From NCBI GenBank assembly GCA_963845145.1, contig CAWJQU010000004.1, forward strand, positions 352,001-416,000: DNA of 64,000 nt. The letters run 5' to 3'. This document shows, piece after piece, positions 41,025 through 50,401 of this stretch (within the stretch, counting starts at the first letter, position 1; the number at the start of each line of letters is the position of its first letter). This DNA is from an uncultured delta proteobacterium. GTDB taxonomy: Bacteria; Desulfobacterota; Desulfobacteria; Desulfobacterales; QNYZ01. The notes under the pieces were generated by a model. It did not search any database. It worked only from the letters and a program-made list of their open reading frames with translations, and was not told the origin of the DNA. The position numbers and the translations under genes were made by a program.

Positions 41025-41681
41025 CTATTTTAAAATTTGTGTTTTTGGAAACTTATGGGACCATTTTTGCCAAATAGTATCTTCAAAAGGACGTTTTTCA
41101 AGCCGACGTTTAAAATAGATACCCTGGATGCCCATCAGTCCATTTTTGTCCGGATACCACAAGGATCCGGTCTCTTTATCGTACAAGACAAACGTTGAGC
41201 GGTAGGTCCATCCCGAAGGGGCTATGGTCAGTCGGCGTCCGTCAATTTCACGGCTGTACACAGCCGCCAGGTCCACCAGTGGTCAATAGCCCACGGTAAC
41301 GGCTTCATCGCCGATGGTGGTGTTGGCAATTTCGTGCCGGGCCAGTTTTGATATAATATAGGCGTGGGATTCATCCTTATTCTTGATACCAATCACTCGG
41401 GCCGAGCCTTGTACAGAGGCCCCATTGGCTTTTAACGCGTTATTATCGACCGGCTTGATGGCATTGCGGCCGATACCGTATTGAAAATGTTGGGGTTTGA
41501 ACCCAAGGGTAGCCGCCTGGGTAATATCCCAGGATTCTCCGTGTTGGTCGATGAGATAGGTCTTATCCCCTTTTTGTTTAACACTCTGAGAGAAAACCGG
41601 CGTACCCCAAAACCAGATCATTCCCAATATCAGACCCAAAAAAAGCCCCAATATTGAAATGGGTTTAATCGGCTTTTTCAT
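41025..41681 (-). CDS. Exported DUF3179-like selenoprotein, 218 aa
   Basis: Track ORFs 41283..41681 and 41025..41276 are in one frame, separated by a single TGA (41285-41283): RHEIANTTIG..VTVGY-U-PLVDLAAVYSR...SG..Y.S..VLYDKETGSLW. The U lies at the family Y-C-P-L cysteine. Confidence 0.85.
41251..41266 (-). promoter_or_regulatory. Putative SECIS hairpin for the DUF3179-like gene
   Basis: CGGCTG-TGTA-CAGCCG; loop starts 22 nt after the UGA. Confidence 0.7.
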
Positions 41682-41720
41682 TTTTTTATCCCCATTGTTT
41701 CGTTTCAGATAGTCTCGTTT

Positions 41721-42440
41721 TCAGATCGTCTTTAAAAAGACGATCAGCGCCCTGATGTCGTCTTCGGAAAGGCCCTTGAATTCGGGCATATCCTTGAAAG
41801 GTGCTGCCAATTGTTTGCGGATGTTTTCTTCGGAGACAACTCGGTTGCTAACCGGCAGATTTTGCATTTGAAATAGCTGTTTTAATCCGGGCCCAATTTT
41901 TACTGCTGTTTGATCGGTAAAATGGCACATGGCACAATTATTTTCGAAAACGATTTTCCCTTGCTTAACGCTGTTTACCGGAATGGTTTCATTTTGAGCA
42001 CCGCTTATTCGACCGGTCCCATAAACCAGTTCGCCACCAAGGTACCCCAACCCCACAACGGCTAAAAGAGATGCGACCTGAACGGTAAGCAGCTTGCCCT
42101 TACCGCTTTCGTTGATGTATGCCAGCAGGATAGAAACGGCCAGGAAGATTACCAGCATACCAGCCAAAAGAATTTTCATTTTTATGGGAAACAACGAGGC
42201 TCCCTTATAGAAATGCTGCCAATCCATATAACCCAGAACCAGGGTGATCGGAATCGTTGCCAGGCAGAGTATCATCACATGACGGGCGGTTTTTAATAAT
42301 ATTGGCCGTTTAAACACAATAGCGAGAATCAGAAAGATAAACGCCCCCATTACCAAACCGATGGTAAGATGGGTTACCGTGGGGTGAAGCGGATGTGAAT
42401 ATCCCATTCTCGAAAGGTTTTGATATATATCGTCAAACAT
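41721..42440 (-). CDS. DUF2231-like membrane domain fused to a monoheme cytochrome c
   Basis: HPLHPTVTHLTIG...GYLGGELVYG membrane domain, then CAMCH and a distal MP. Confidence 0.85.
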   Translation of the reverse strand: MFDDIYQNLSRMGYSHPLHPTVTHLTIGLVMGAFIFLILAIVFKRPILLKTARHVMILCLATIPITLVLGYMDWQHFYKGASLFPIKMKILLAGMLVIFLAVSILLAYINESGKGKLLTVQVASLLAVVGLGYLGGELVYGTGRISGAQNETIPVNSVKQGKIVFENNCAMCHFTDQTAVKIGPGLKQLFQMQNLPVSNRVVSEENIRKQLAAPFKDMPEFKGLSEDDIRALIVFLKTI

Positions 42441-42467
42441 ATAATCCCTGCTTTCTTTGTTGGAAAG

Positions 42468-42506
42468 AGGCAGCGTTCGGGCGGGTCAGCCCGAAACGAC
42501 TGCCTT
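42468..42506. other. Intergenic stem-loop within the cytochrome operon
   Basis: AGGCAG..TTCGGGC-GGGTCA-GCCCGAA..CTGCCT inverted repeat. Confidence 0.5.
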
Positions 42507-42539
42507 TATGCAACTAAGGGTATTACCCGTGGATAAACG

Positions 42540-43025
42540 TTATTTTGGCTCGGTAAACAGCCAGTCATTATCTTTTTTAACGCTGTGACACTGTATACAA
42601 CCTTTTGGCTTGCCGCTGGCCATGATTTTACCATCCGGTCCATATTTACCCCAGAACCAATCACCTGCTTCAGGGTTATAACCCTTCACTTTCACCATGG
42701 GCGTAACGGCCATTAATGTTTTTTGATCTTTGCCGTAGTTTTCCTTGATAACAATGGCTCCCGCAGGCATCGGCTTGCCTTCTTTGAGCGCCTTTTGGGC
42801 TAGCGGGTTGGCGAATAACGCCAGGTAGGCACCGTGCGGGCTTTTCCCCGGGTAGATGTCCGGATAGCCGGGCCATTTTTCCCATTTTTGATAAGGATCG
42901 GTTTCGGTGATGAATGTCCACAGTTTACCCGGATCCGTCGGCGTCGAATCCCCACTTACAGCAACGATCACCATGCCAAAGATCAATATTCCTGCCACTG
43001 AAAATAGAACGATCAAACGTTTCAT
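42540..43025 (-). CDS. Cytochrome P460-family protein
   Basis: Signal peptide, PAGAIVIKENY, MVK..GYNPEAGDWFW, C-terminal CIQCH...DWLF. Confidence 0.85.
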   Translation of the reverse strand: MKRLIVLFSVAGILIFGMVIVAVSGDSTPTDPGKLWTFITETDPYQKWEKWPGYPDIYPGKSPHGAYLALFANPLAQKALKEGKPMPAGAIVIKENYGKDQKTLMAVTPMVKVKGYNPEAGDWFWGKYGPDGKIMASGKPKGCIQCHSVKKDNDWLFTEPK

Positions 43026-43133
43026 GATTTACCCCTCCTAAGGCTTTCTAATAAATTGAAGATGGCTTGTTCGGCGGGTAGCGCTACGTTTTATCGAGCA
43101 AGTGGTTCTAAGTCGGGCAAGAGGCGTAAAACC

Positions 43134-44570
43134 TTACACGGCTTTCATGTCGCCTGAGTACAATTTTTGCAGTTTTTCGCGAAGAAGCAGCCTCAATTCT
43201 TTTTCGGCTTTTTCCTTCTTGGTCGCATCGCCGCTTTGGAAGGCCTGGAAGAAAGCCACGCACTTTTTTTGATCACCCATATCCCAGCGGGCGGTGTAGC
43301 CGGTTTTCTCCGGCGACTCTTTCTCGGCCGGGGTGGCGTCGTCGGATTGTTGGCGACCATGGGCCCAGTTGACGATATGTGAATAGAAAATGAGAACGCG
43401 GTCGATCAATATATATAGGAACTGGATATTTTTATTCGGACCGATTTGAATTTGAGAGCCGCCTAATTTGAGACCGGCTACCTTGGTTTGGGCCAGTTGC
43501 CGGCCGCCGCCGAAGGCCGCCCAGCCGGCCCCCACAGCCCCCCCGATGACGGTGAAAAGTCCGAAAGTGAGGCCATGGGCCGCCACATCAATGGCGGCCC
43601 CGATCGTGCCGCCGGTAATCCCGGCGAACGTTGCCAGTTGCGTCCGGGTAAGCCCGAGAAGTTGCCAGGTTTTATCATTGAACAGGTCTTTATGGATAAT
43701 CGATTGGGATGGCAGTTCGTAGTTGAAAATATTGTGCCGATATAGCTGGCGTAAGCGTTGATGGGCGTCGGTTTCAGCTTTTATAATAGCCTGATTATAG
43801 GCGCGCGTCAGTTGTTCTTTGAGCTTAATTTCATCGGATTCGGCGGCATATTTTTTGGTAATGGAAAGTGTTAAACTTTCGGTGAGCAGGTTGATAATGA
43901 TCTCTGCGGTCAAGGCATTGCGATGGGTCCAGTCCTTTTTAAATGCCGATATCACGGTGGCGAGGGGCGCGATCCAGTCCTGGTCGATACCTTTTAGGCT
44001 TTCAAGAAGTGAGATTCTCTCTGCATAGGTCGCCTGGTGGGCATTAAAAACGCGAATGGCATTGAATTGGCGCCGAAAGGCGGTTTTCCACTGGGACAGA
44101 TAGTCGGTGTTGTCATCCTTGCAATTGATGATTGCCATGCGGGGGGTCCCGGTTAAGCGTAACACCTCCATTTCCGCCTGGTCGACACTGCGCAAAGGGC
44201 GTGAACCGTCCACCACGTAAATGACGCCTGCGCCCTGGGCAATAGGGGCCAACAATTCGCAATCCTGGGTCAGGTCGGGGTCATCGGCATGTCTATCGAT
44301 AAACGCCTGAACGATATGATCGTGGCGGTCGAGATGGGTCTTCATCCAGCTTAGCGTTTTGCGGGGGTTTTGAAAGCCGGGTGTGTCGATGAATCGAACA
44401 ATTTCAATGTCATCGATAATAACCGGAAAGGTTTCACAAACCAGTGTTTCCCCGGGCGTGGGGCTGATGCGCACGTGATCATTTTCAGCCAGGGTTGCGA
44501 CCACCGATGATTTACCTTCGTTGGGATGTCCGACGATTGCAAAGGCCGGGGAGCCTTGGGGATTTCTCAT
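43134..44570 (-). CDS. GTPase/DUF3482 domain protein
   Basis: VGHPNEGKSS (G1), DTPGFQ (G3), Gly-rich hydrophobic hairpin GAAIDVAAHGLTFG. Confidence 0.85.
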   Translation of the reverse strand: MRNPQGSPAFAIVGHPNEGKSSVVATLAENDHVRISPTPGETLVCETFPVIIDDIEIVRFIDTPGFQNPRKTLSWMKTHLDRHDHIVQAFIDRHADDPDLTQDCELLAPIAQGAGVIYVVDGSRPLRSVDQAEMEVLRLTGTPRMAIINCKDDNTDYLSQWKTAFRRQFNAIRVFNAHQATYAERISLLESLKGIDQDWIAPLATVISAFKKDWTHRNALTAEIIINLLTESLTLSITKKYAAESDEIKLKEQLTRAYNQAIIKAETDAHQRLRQLYRHNIFNYELPSQSIIHKDLFNDKTWQLLGLTRTQLATFAGITGGTIGAAIDVAAHGLTFGLFTVIGGAVGAGWAAFGGGRQLAQTKVAGLKLGGSQIQIGPNKNIQFLYILIDRVLIFYSHIVNWAHGRQQSDDATPAEKESPEKTGYTARWDMGDQKKCVAFFQAFQSGDATKKEKAEKELRLLLREKLQKLYSGDMKAV

Positions 44571-46156
44571 AGCCGGAGTTCCTCCAGTCGAAGGTAGGGG
44601 TCACCAAGGGACGCCAGTTGCTTCTGCCAGGTCTGTCGGTTAACCGGTGATACTTCAGTGAAAATTGTCTTCGGTCTTGGTTTGCCGATCAGGCCGATCA
44701 AAATAGGCGTCCGGCGGCCGAGGTGTTGCCGAAGGGATTTGAAAAACGCCATGTCCTCGATGATAGGCGGCTGCCAGGCCTCCTGAATAAGGAGAAGGTG
44801 GGTCCAATGATTATTTTTCTCGTTGCCGGCGAACAATTTATCGGGTGACAGGGGACCATCGGTGTCGGCATGGTTGATTCGAATCTTCGTCTTGATTTGA
44901 CCGCCCAATTGTTTTTCAATGACAGCCTTTAAATCGACCGTTTTACATGCATCGAAGACATCATCGGGAATGAGTACGGCATATTGTTTTTGCGTCTGTG
45001 TATCGAGTATTTCAGGGGCCGTTTCCTGGGGAGCCATGGCGTCCGGCGGCCGTGGTGGGGATTTACGCGAAGGTTCAAACCGGACACGGGGCAGCGTGAG
45101 CCGATCGATCAGTTGATCGCAGGCCGCCTGGGTAAAAGGGATCCGGTTCAGCAGATGGCGCTCGGTTAGTATACCCATTATAAGCAGGACGATGCGTGGG
45201 AGTAGCGCGTAAATGAGTACGGCGAAACATAAAAAAGGCCACCAGGCGACCAGATCGGGTGTGGCCAGTGAGTAGATGCCGTCCTTTAAAATCAGGCGGC
45301 TTCCCTCAATTTGGGCCAGGGTCGGATGGGCGAGATCCGCAGAAACAATCCATGACCAGGGGCTAGCCATCCATTTGACGAGGGCGTGGACTGCCGAGGC
45401 GCTGACTTGAACGGTTGACTGCCACCCGAAGGCCATGTCGGTGCCGGCGACCCGCAATAGTGTGGTGCCGAGTATTCCCAGATTTAATCCGATGCCAAAA
45501 AGCTGCATGGCATTAAAAAAAGGCCAATAGAACAACGTTCCGTAAATCTGTTTTTTCCCCCGCACCAAGCCCAAGGCGGCCGCCAAGCCCTGGCGCCTGG
45601 TACCGGACAGCGATTTCATGACGCCTCTTTTTAGCTTTTCGGTCATGAGAGAGGCTATACGGCTTAAAATCGAGTAAACCACAGAGGTGTAAAATAACCG
45701 TGGTCGAACCAGGCGGATAAGAAAAAGTCCGCCTAACAGCAATAGCAAAAGGATTTGAACGAGAACGGCGACACCGACATAAACGGAAACGTTCAGGGGG
45801 GCTCTCCCCGTATAGGTCAGTAACGAAAAGGCCAGGCCGATTCCGAATAACCCTCCCAGAATGAAAAGACCGTATTGTAAAAGGCGAAACATTTCGGCCA
45901 TCGTCTCGCCGGGTTGGGGCATGGTCGCATCGCTGACGGCCTTATCTAATCTACGGCGCTGATCCAGCCAGGATTTGATGACCCTGCGGGTGGGAAAGGG
46001 GGTTGTTTGGGTGAGGTTGGGGTGAATATGGGTTAAATAAATGCGCCGGTCCCGATCGCCAACATTCGCCGCCGGGTCTTGGTTGGAGCGGTCTGCGTCG
46101 ACACTCAGATAGTACTCCAGATCGATTAAGTCCTTAATATGCCATTTTGTTTTCAT
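44567..46156 (-). CDS. DUF2868-like membrane protein
   Basis: Several TM helices, AFGWQST, WWPFL...YALLPR, EAWQPP; overlaps the GTPase start. Confidence 0.8.
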   Translation of the reverse strand: MKTKWHIKDLIDLEYYLSVDADRSNQDPAANVGDRDRRIYLTHIHPNLTQTTPFPTRRVIKSWLDQRRRLDKAVSDATMPQPGETMAEMFRLLQYGLFILGGLFGIGLAFSLLTYTGRAPLNVSVYVGVAVLVQILLLLLLGGLFLIRLVRPRLFYTSVVYSILSRIASLMTEKLKRGVMKSLSGTRRQGLAAALGLVRGKKQIYGTLFYWPFFNAMQLFGIGLNLGILGTTLLRVAGTDMAFGWQSTVQVSASAVHALVKWMASPWSWIVSADLAHPTLAQIEGSRLILKDGIYSLATPDLVAWWPFLCFAVLIYALLPRIVLLIMGILTERHLLNRIPFTQAACDQLIDRLTLPRVRFEPSRKSPPRPPDAMAPQETAPEILDTQTQKQYAVLIPDDVFDACKTVDLKAVIEKQLGGQIKTKIRINHADTDGPLSPDKLFAGNEKNNHWTHLLLIQEAWQPPIIEDMAFFKSLRQHLGRRTPILIGLIGKPRPKTIFTEVSPVNRQTWQKQLASLGDPYLRLEELRL

Positions 46157-46220
46157 CGACCACTAAAACGCTATTCGTTTCCATTTTCAAGGGAAGCCCA
46201 ATCCGGTCAAACATCCTCGG

Positions 46221-46276
46221 CCCAGCACCACCGGCCCCGCATCACCGATCCCGCATCACCAATCCCGTATCTCCGT
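46221..46276. repeat. Degenerate 14-bp tandem repeat, 4 copies
   Basis: CCCAGCACCACCGG CCCCGCATCACCGA TCCCGCATCACCAA TCCCGTATCTCCGT. Confidence 0.7.
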
Positions 46277-46305
46277 AGGGTATGGTTGGCATCCGGCCTT
46301 GCTTG

Positions 46306-46983
46306 TCAACCATCTGTTTCAAATGCCATGGTCACGCGATTTACCAATCCCCAAATGGCATCGGCCGGAAAGGTATTTTCAATGGATCGATCAAACAAGA
46401 CCTTGACCCTCGGTCCGAACTCATCGTCGCCTTGCCACAAGAGATAGTATAGCGGTACGCGCGGGAACGGCAGCAGCCGGTATGCAGCATCGGCCATATC
46501 AACAGGGTGGCCGTTCAGCGCTTCGGCCGTACGTTTAAAACCTTTCAAATCTTTGCCGTAACGGCTGCATATCGATTGTACCCGAAGTTCGTGTGGGCCC
46601 ATAAAAAAGTGGCCCTCTTTTAGGTCCCTCACCCCCACGATGTCCTGGCCCATGGGATAGACACCACGGATATTGTTTAGATAGACTGTGGTGGCCAGTG
46701 TCAGCAGGGGATCGTCGATCTCGACCCAGTGATGATTGACCTTTTCGAGCAGAACCTGTTTCGATAAGTCGATACATTTTAACGTGGTTAAAAATTGAAA
46801 CTGAAGCCGATCCTGATCGTTGGCCATTGTTTCAAAAAAGGTCATATTAACCAAAGCGGTTCGATCCCTTTTTCGAATCGAATCCCAAAATCGATCCGCA
46901 ATCGCCAGCTGGGAACCATCATCTGACTCATAGGCGTCAGATTCATAGACGTCGGATTTATCGGTTTTCGTTTTTTCAGCCAC
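46306..46983 (-). CDS. DUF3786 domain protein
   Basis: GHFF.GPH, ADAAYRLLPFPRVPLYYLLWQGDDEF....VLFD. Confidence 0.85.
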   Translation of the reverse strand: MAEKTKTDKSDVYESDAYESDDGSQLAIADRFWDSIRKRDRTALVNMTFFETMANDQDRLQFQFLTTLKCIDLSKQVLLEKVNHHWVEIDDPLLTLATTVYLNNIRGVYPMGQDIVGVRDLKEGHFFMGPHELRVQSICSRYGKDLKGFKRTAEALNGHPVDMADAAYRLLPFPRVPLYYLLWQGDDEFGPRVKVLFDRSIENTFPADAIWGLVNRVTMAFETDG

Positions 46984-47171
46984 AGGGGTTCCTCTTTGGC
47001 AATAGACAATGATATCTTGACACCCGTAGGGGTTTCGGTCAAACTATTTCGACTTCAGAGGGAATATGTCATCGACTAACGGCGCGTTAATAATAACGCT
47101 TATGGCTGAATACAACCGGAGTTTTGTTTTACCAATCCGAATTATTTAAAAAAAACAACTAGGTGGCTTCC

Positions 47172-48536
47172 ATGAAACCAATATGTATTTTAGTGCTATG
47201 TTTTTCATTAATGGCTTGTGTATCATCAGGGGATGATGACGATGACAGCTTTGACACACCCGACGGCAATCGGGCGATTTTATGGACACGTAATAACCCG
47301 GTTTTTTTAAGCGGCACCAATGTTTCTATGGGCGCACCCCCGGCTGGATTCGTCAATACCTACTATGATCAATTCCGTGCGACGGCCGTGCATGTCTGGG
47401 CCGATGGGTTGCCCGGAGAGGTGGACGGATGGGCCGCGGCGCGACCGGGAGGTTTTCGGTTTGTCTCCTGGGTGAACAGTGATGGTACCAGTTCCGCTAA
47501 TGGCCGCGTAATCGGGGGTAAGCCGGCCAATACACCGGGGCGTATCGGCTATCAAATCGGCGATGAACCGGAACGAAATTGCGATACGCTCGCCTGCGCC
47601 GTAAACAACCTCAACCAATTTACCGTTGGGATTAATGCCGTGCGTGCGGCCGATCCCGGTGCGCTGACCATCGTTAATTTTAAAAGAGGCGATTTGCTGG
47701 AAGGTGCGTTGGATCACTATGCCCGTCAGATGGATGGCGATATCATCAGCTATAGCCACTATAGTTACCGAAGGGCTGCCTATAAGGGATTGGAGGCTGT
47801 CCGCCGATATGGGCGAACTTTCAGCATGCCCTATTGGTGTTATCTGAAATCCTACAATAGCCCCGGTAGTTCCGACGGAAAAACAGCATCAGATATGCGT
47901 TGGAATGCCTACTCGGCGGCTTTATACGGGTTTACCGGGTTTTCCTGGTTTGTCTACCAGATCAACGCCGGCAATGAGGTGGTGTCCGATCTTCATCGGT
48001 CGCCTGGTGATTTCGGTTCCGGGCGTACCGGATTGTGGGGCGAAGCCGCACGCATCAATGTGGGCTTGCAGCATTTGGGCCGCTATATCAGTAAGTTGAA
48101 CAGTACGGCGGTTCGCTTTATCCCGGCCAAAAGTTTTTTGCAGCCTGAAGGGACCACCGATTGGTATCAGGGGTCCGGCGATGACCCCTATATTACCGAT
48201 ATCGGCCCGGCCGATGCCGGTGATTTAATGGAAATTTCGGTGGGGTTTTTCCAAAACGATGGGGGCAGGCTATTTTTCATGCTCCAGAACGTGGCGCACA
48301 CCCACTGGGTTTCCAGCGATGTCGTGGATCTGGTCAATCGGGCTACCATTCGCGTTAGCTTCGATTTTGCCGAAGCGCCGGCGACGACCAGCAGTGCGCA
48401 GATCTTCGCCCTCAACAAGGGTAACGGGCAAAAACAAGCCTTACCGCTCACGCAAATGGAGGGCGATCAAAGATACCTGGATGTTACCCTTGATCCGGGC
48501 GATGTTATATTGCTTTGGTATGATACTGACAGCTAA
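47172..48536 (+). CDS. Hypothetical lipoprotein, possibly glycoside-hydrolase-like
   Basis: Lipobox LMAC, acidic linker, GYQIGDEP, MRWNAYSAALYG..GFSWF. Confidence 0.65.
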   Translation: MKPICILVLCFSLMACVSSGDDDDDSFDTPDGNRAILWTRNNPVFLSGTNVSMGAPPAGFVNTYYDQFRATAVHVWADGLPGEVDGWAAARPGGFRFVSWVNSDGTSSANGRVIGGKPANTPGRIGYQIGDEPERNCDTLACAVNNLNQFTVGINAVRAADPGALTIVNFKRGDLLEGALDHYARQMDGDIISYSHYSYRRAAYKGLEAVRRYGRTFSMPYWCYLKSYNSPGSSDGKTASDMRWNAYSAALYGFTGFSWFVYQINAGNEVVSDLHRSPGDFGSGRTGLWGEAARINVGLQHLGRYISKLNSTAVRFIPAKSFLQPEGTTDWYQGSGDDPYITDIGPADAGDLMEISVGFFQNDGGRLFFMLQNVAHTHWVSSDVVDLVNRATIRVSFDFAEAPATTSSAQIFALNKGNGQKQALPLTQMEGDQRYLDVTLDPGDVILLWYDTDS

Positions 48537-48649
48537 GCTGAATCACGCCATTCATTTTTAAAGATTCATTAGAAAAGCCAGTTTCAAAACGTTTCAGCTT
48601 GTTCAAAGTCAAGACAAACTGGGACGTTTTGAAATGGGTTGAGGATAAA

Positions 48650-48668
48650 ACAGGCCGATCCGGCCTGT
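48650..48668 (-). promoter_or_regulatory. Putative SECIS hairpin for the C-terminal UGA, lying beyond the stop codon
   Basis: ACAGGCCG-GAT-CGGCCTGT; loop 21 nt after TGA 48684-48682; pairing extends to GAGGGGTATAAA/TTTATCCTC. Confidence 0.7.
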
Positions 48669-48672
48669 ACCT

Positions 48673-48885
48673 TTATACCCCTCAGGAGCCCCCATACCCT
48701 ATTTGGACTTCACCCTTATCGACAATTACCGGTACGTTTCGTTCTCCTTTTGAGAGCTTTAGCATTTCATCCAGATTTGCCGCATCGGCTTTTACATCTA
48801 CATACCGATGTCCCCTGTAGGCCTCCCTGGCCCTCGTGGTATAAGGTCAACCGGCTTTCCCGTAGATAATAACTTCCTCTGTCAT
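48673..48885 (-). CDS. Glutaredoxin-like double-selenocysteine protein (UXX-star type), 70 aa
   Basis: AAAGGAG RBS, ATG 48885: MTEEVIIYGKAG-U-PYTTRAREAYRGHRYVDVKADAANLDEMLKLSKGERNVPVIVDKGEVQIGYGGS-U-GV-stop. Not in the ORF track. Confidence 0.88.
48819..48833 (-). promoter_or_regulatory. Putative SECIS hairpin for the first UGA
   Basis: GGGCC-AGGGA-GGCCT; loop 18 nt after TGA 48849-48847. Confidence 0.6.
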
Positions 48886-48995
48886 GGTATCTCCTTTCGT
48901 CGGAAAGTGATGGTTTTACCTCAAAGATCCTGCCGATTATAACACATTTGCTACAGTTGAGCTAAGATGAATCGGGCCACGTTAAAATTTCCTGG

Positions 48996-50246
48996 CTAAC
49001 GTTTTTTTGACTTTTTTTGTTTCCTTTTCCTTTTTTGCTGCTGCCAGGCTTCATGCTCTCGGATGAGGTTTATCGCGCTGTTGCTCTTCGAAGTAGCGTT
49101 GATCGTAAAGGTGTAGTCTTTCTTGCCTACTTTCAATACTTCGATCTCTTTATTTAAAAACCCCTGAATCTCCCCAAGGCGCGGTTTTTCTTCATTGCTG
49201 CAAAACGAGATGGCAATGCCTTCATTAACGCCTCGGCCAGTCCTGCCCACCCGGTGCACATAATTCTCGGCTTGATCTGGTAAATCGTAATTTAAAACAT
49301 GGCTAACATTGGGAACATCAATACCGCGGGCGCTGATGTCTGTGGCAATCAGGATGTTGTATTCGCCGGCCTTGAACTTCTCCATCACACCGGTCCTCTC
49401 GGCCTGGTCCTTCTCCCCGTGGATAGTCTCTGAGTGTATCCCCACCCTCGCCATTGCTTTTGCTACTCTTTCCGCCCGAACCCTTGTCCTGACAAACACA
49501 ATGACCCTGCTGTCTCGGTTTTCTTTGATAAATCTTTCCAGGAAAAACCGTTTGTCATCCATCTCAACAAACATCACATAGTGGGAGATCTTCTTTGAAA
49601 CCTTATCTTCCGGAGATATCTGGATGCGCATGGCCGTGGCTTTTACCTGGGAGAAAGCCAGCTTTTTAATCTCCGGGTTGATGGTTGCAGAGAAGAAAAG
49701 GGTTTGATGCTTCCTGACGAGCATTTTTTTTACGTATCGAATATCACCGATAAATCCAAGGTCTAACATGTGATCGGCTTCATCAAGAACAAGTGTTTCG
49801 ACCCGTCCCAGGTTGATATGACCCTGGCTGATCAAATCAAACATGCGTCCCGGAGTGGCTACAAGGATATCGATGCCGCTTTGGAGCCTTTTAATCTGTG
49901 TATCCTGCTCGACCCCGCCATAAAGGGCGAAGGCTTTCACCCGGGTATTTTTTGAAAGCGCTGTAAACACTTCGCCGATCTGCAACGCCAGTTCCCGCGT
50001 GGGAACCATGACAATGCACTTGATCCCCAGATGGCGCTTCGAACTTTTATGGCGGTGGATCAGGTCAATGATAGGGATTGCAAATGCGGCTGTTTTGCCC
50101 GTTCCCGTCTGCGCAATAGCAAGGACGTCTTCCCCCTTCATGATGGACGGAATGGATTTGAATTGAATATCCGTGGGCCTTTTGAAACCGAGCAATGACA
50201 GATTATTTTTAATTTCGTATGAAATGTTGTATCGTTCAAACTTCAT
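48996..50246 (-). CDS. DEAD-box RNA helicase (RhlE-like)
   Basis: AQTGTGKT, PTRELA, DEAD, SAT, ARGID, HRVGRTGR. Confidence 0.96.
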   Translation of the reverse strand: MKFERYNISYEIKNNLSLLGFKRPTDIQFKSIPSIMKGEDVLAIAQTGTGKTAAFAIPIIDLIHRHKSSKRHLGIKCIVMVPTRELALQIGEVFTALSKNTRVKAFALYGGVEQDTQIKRLQSGIDILVATPGRMFDLISQGHINLGRVETLVLDEADHMLDLGFIGDIRYVKKMLVRKHQTLFFSATINPEIKKLAFSQVKATAMRIQISPEDKVSKKISHYVMFVEMDDKRFFLERFIKENRDSRVIVFVRTRVRAERVAKAMARVGIHSETIHGEKDQAERTGVMEKFKAGEYNILIATDISARGIDVPNVSHVLNYDLPDQAENYVHRVGRTGRGVNEGIAISFCSNEEKPRLGEIQGFLNKEIEVLKVGKKDYTFTINATSKSNSAINLIREHEAWQQQKRKRKQKKSKKR

Positions 50247-50401
50247 AGGACCTCAATATATTTTAGCATTTCTGTATTCCATTAAAAATGAGAGGATACC
50301 ATGAATACCCTTATATGTCGTAACCGTCAAATTAGCTCACTACCAGCCAGGCGCAATAATTTGGGGTAAAAGGGCAAATATTAAAACCATTAAGGCAAAA
50401 T

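Noticed and set aside
48599..48869. Plus-strand ORFs of 73 and 76 aa
   Set aside because: Antisense to the better-supported double-Sec gene.
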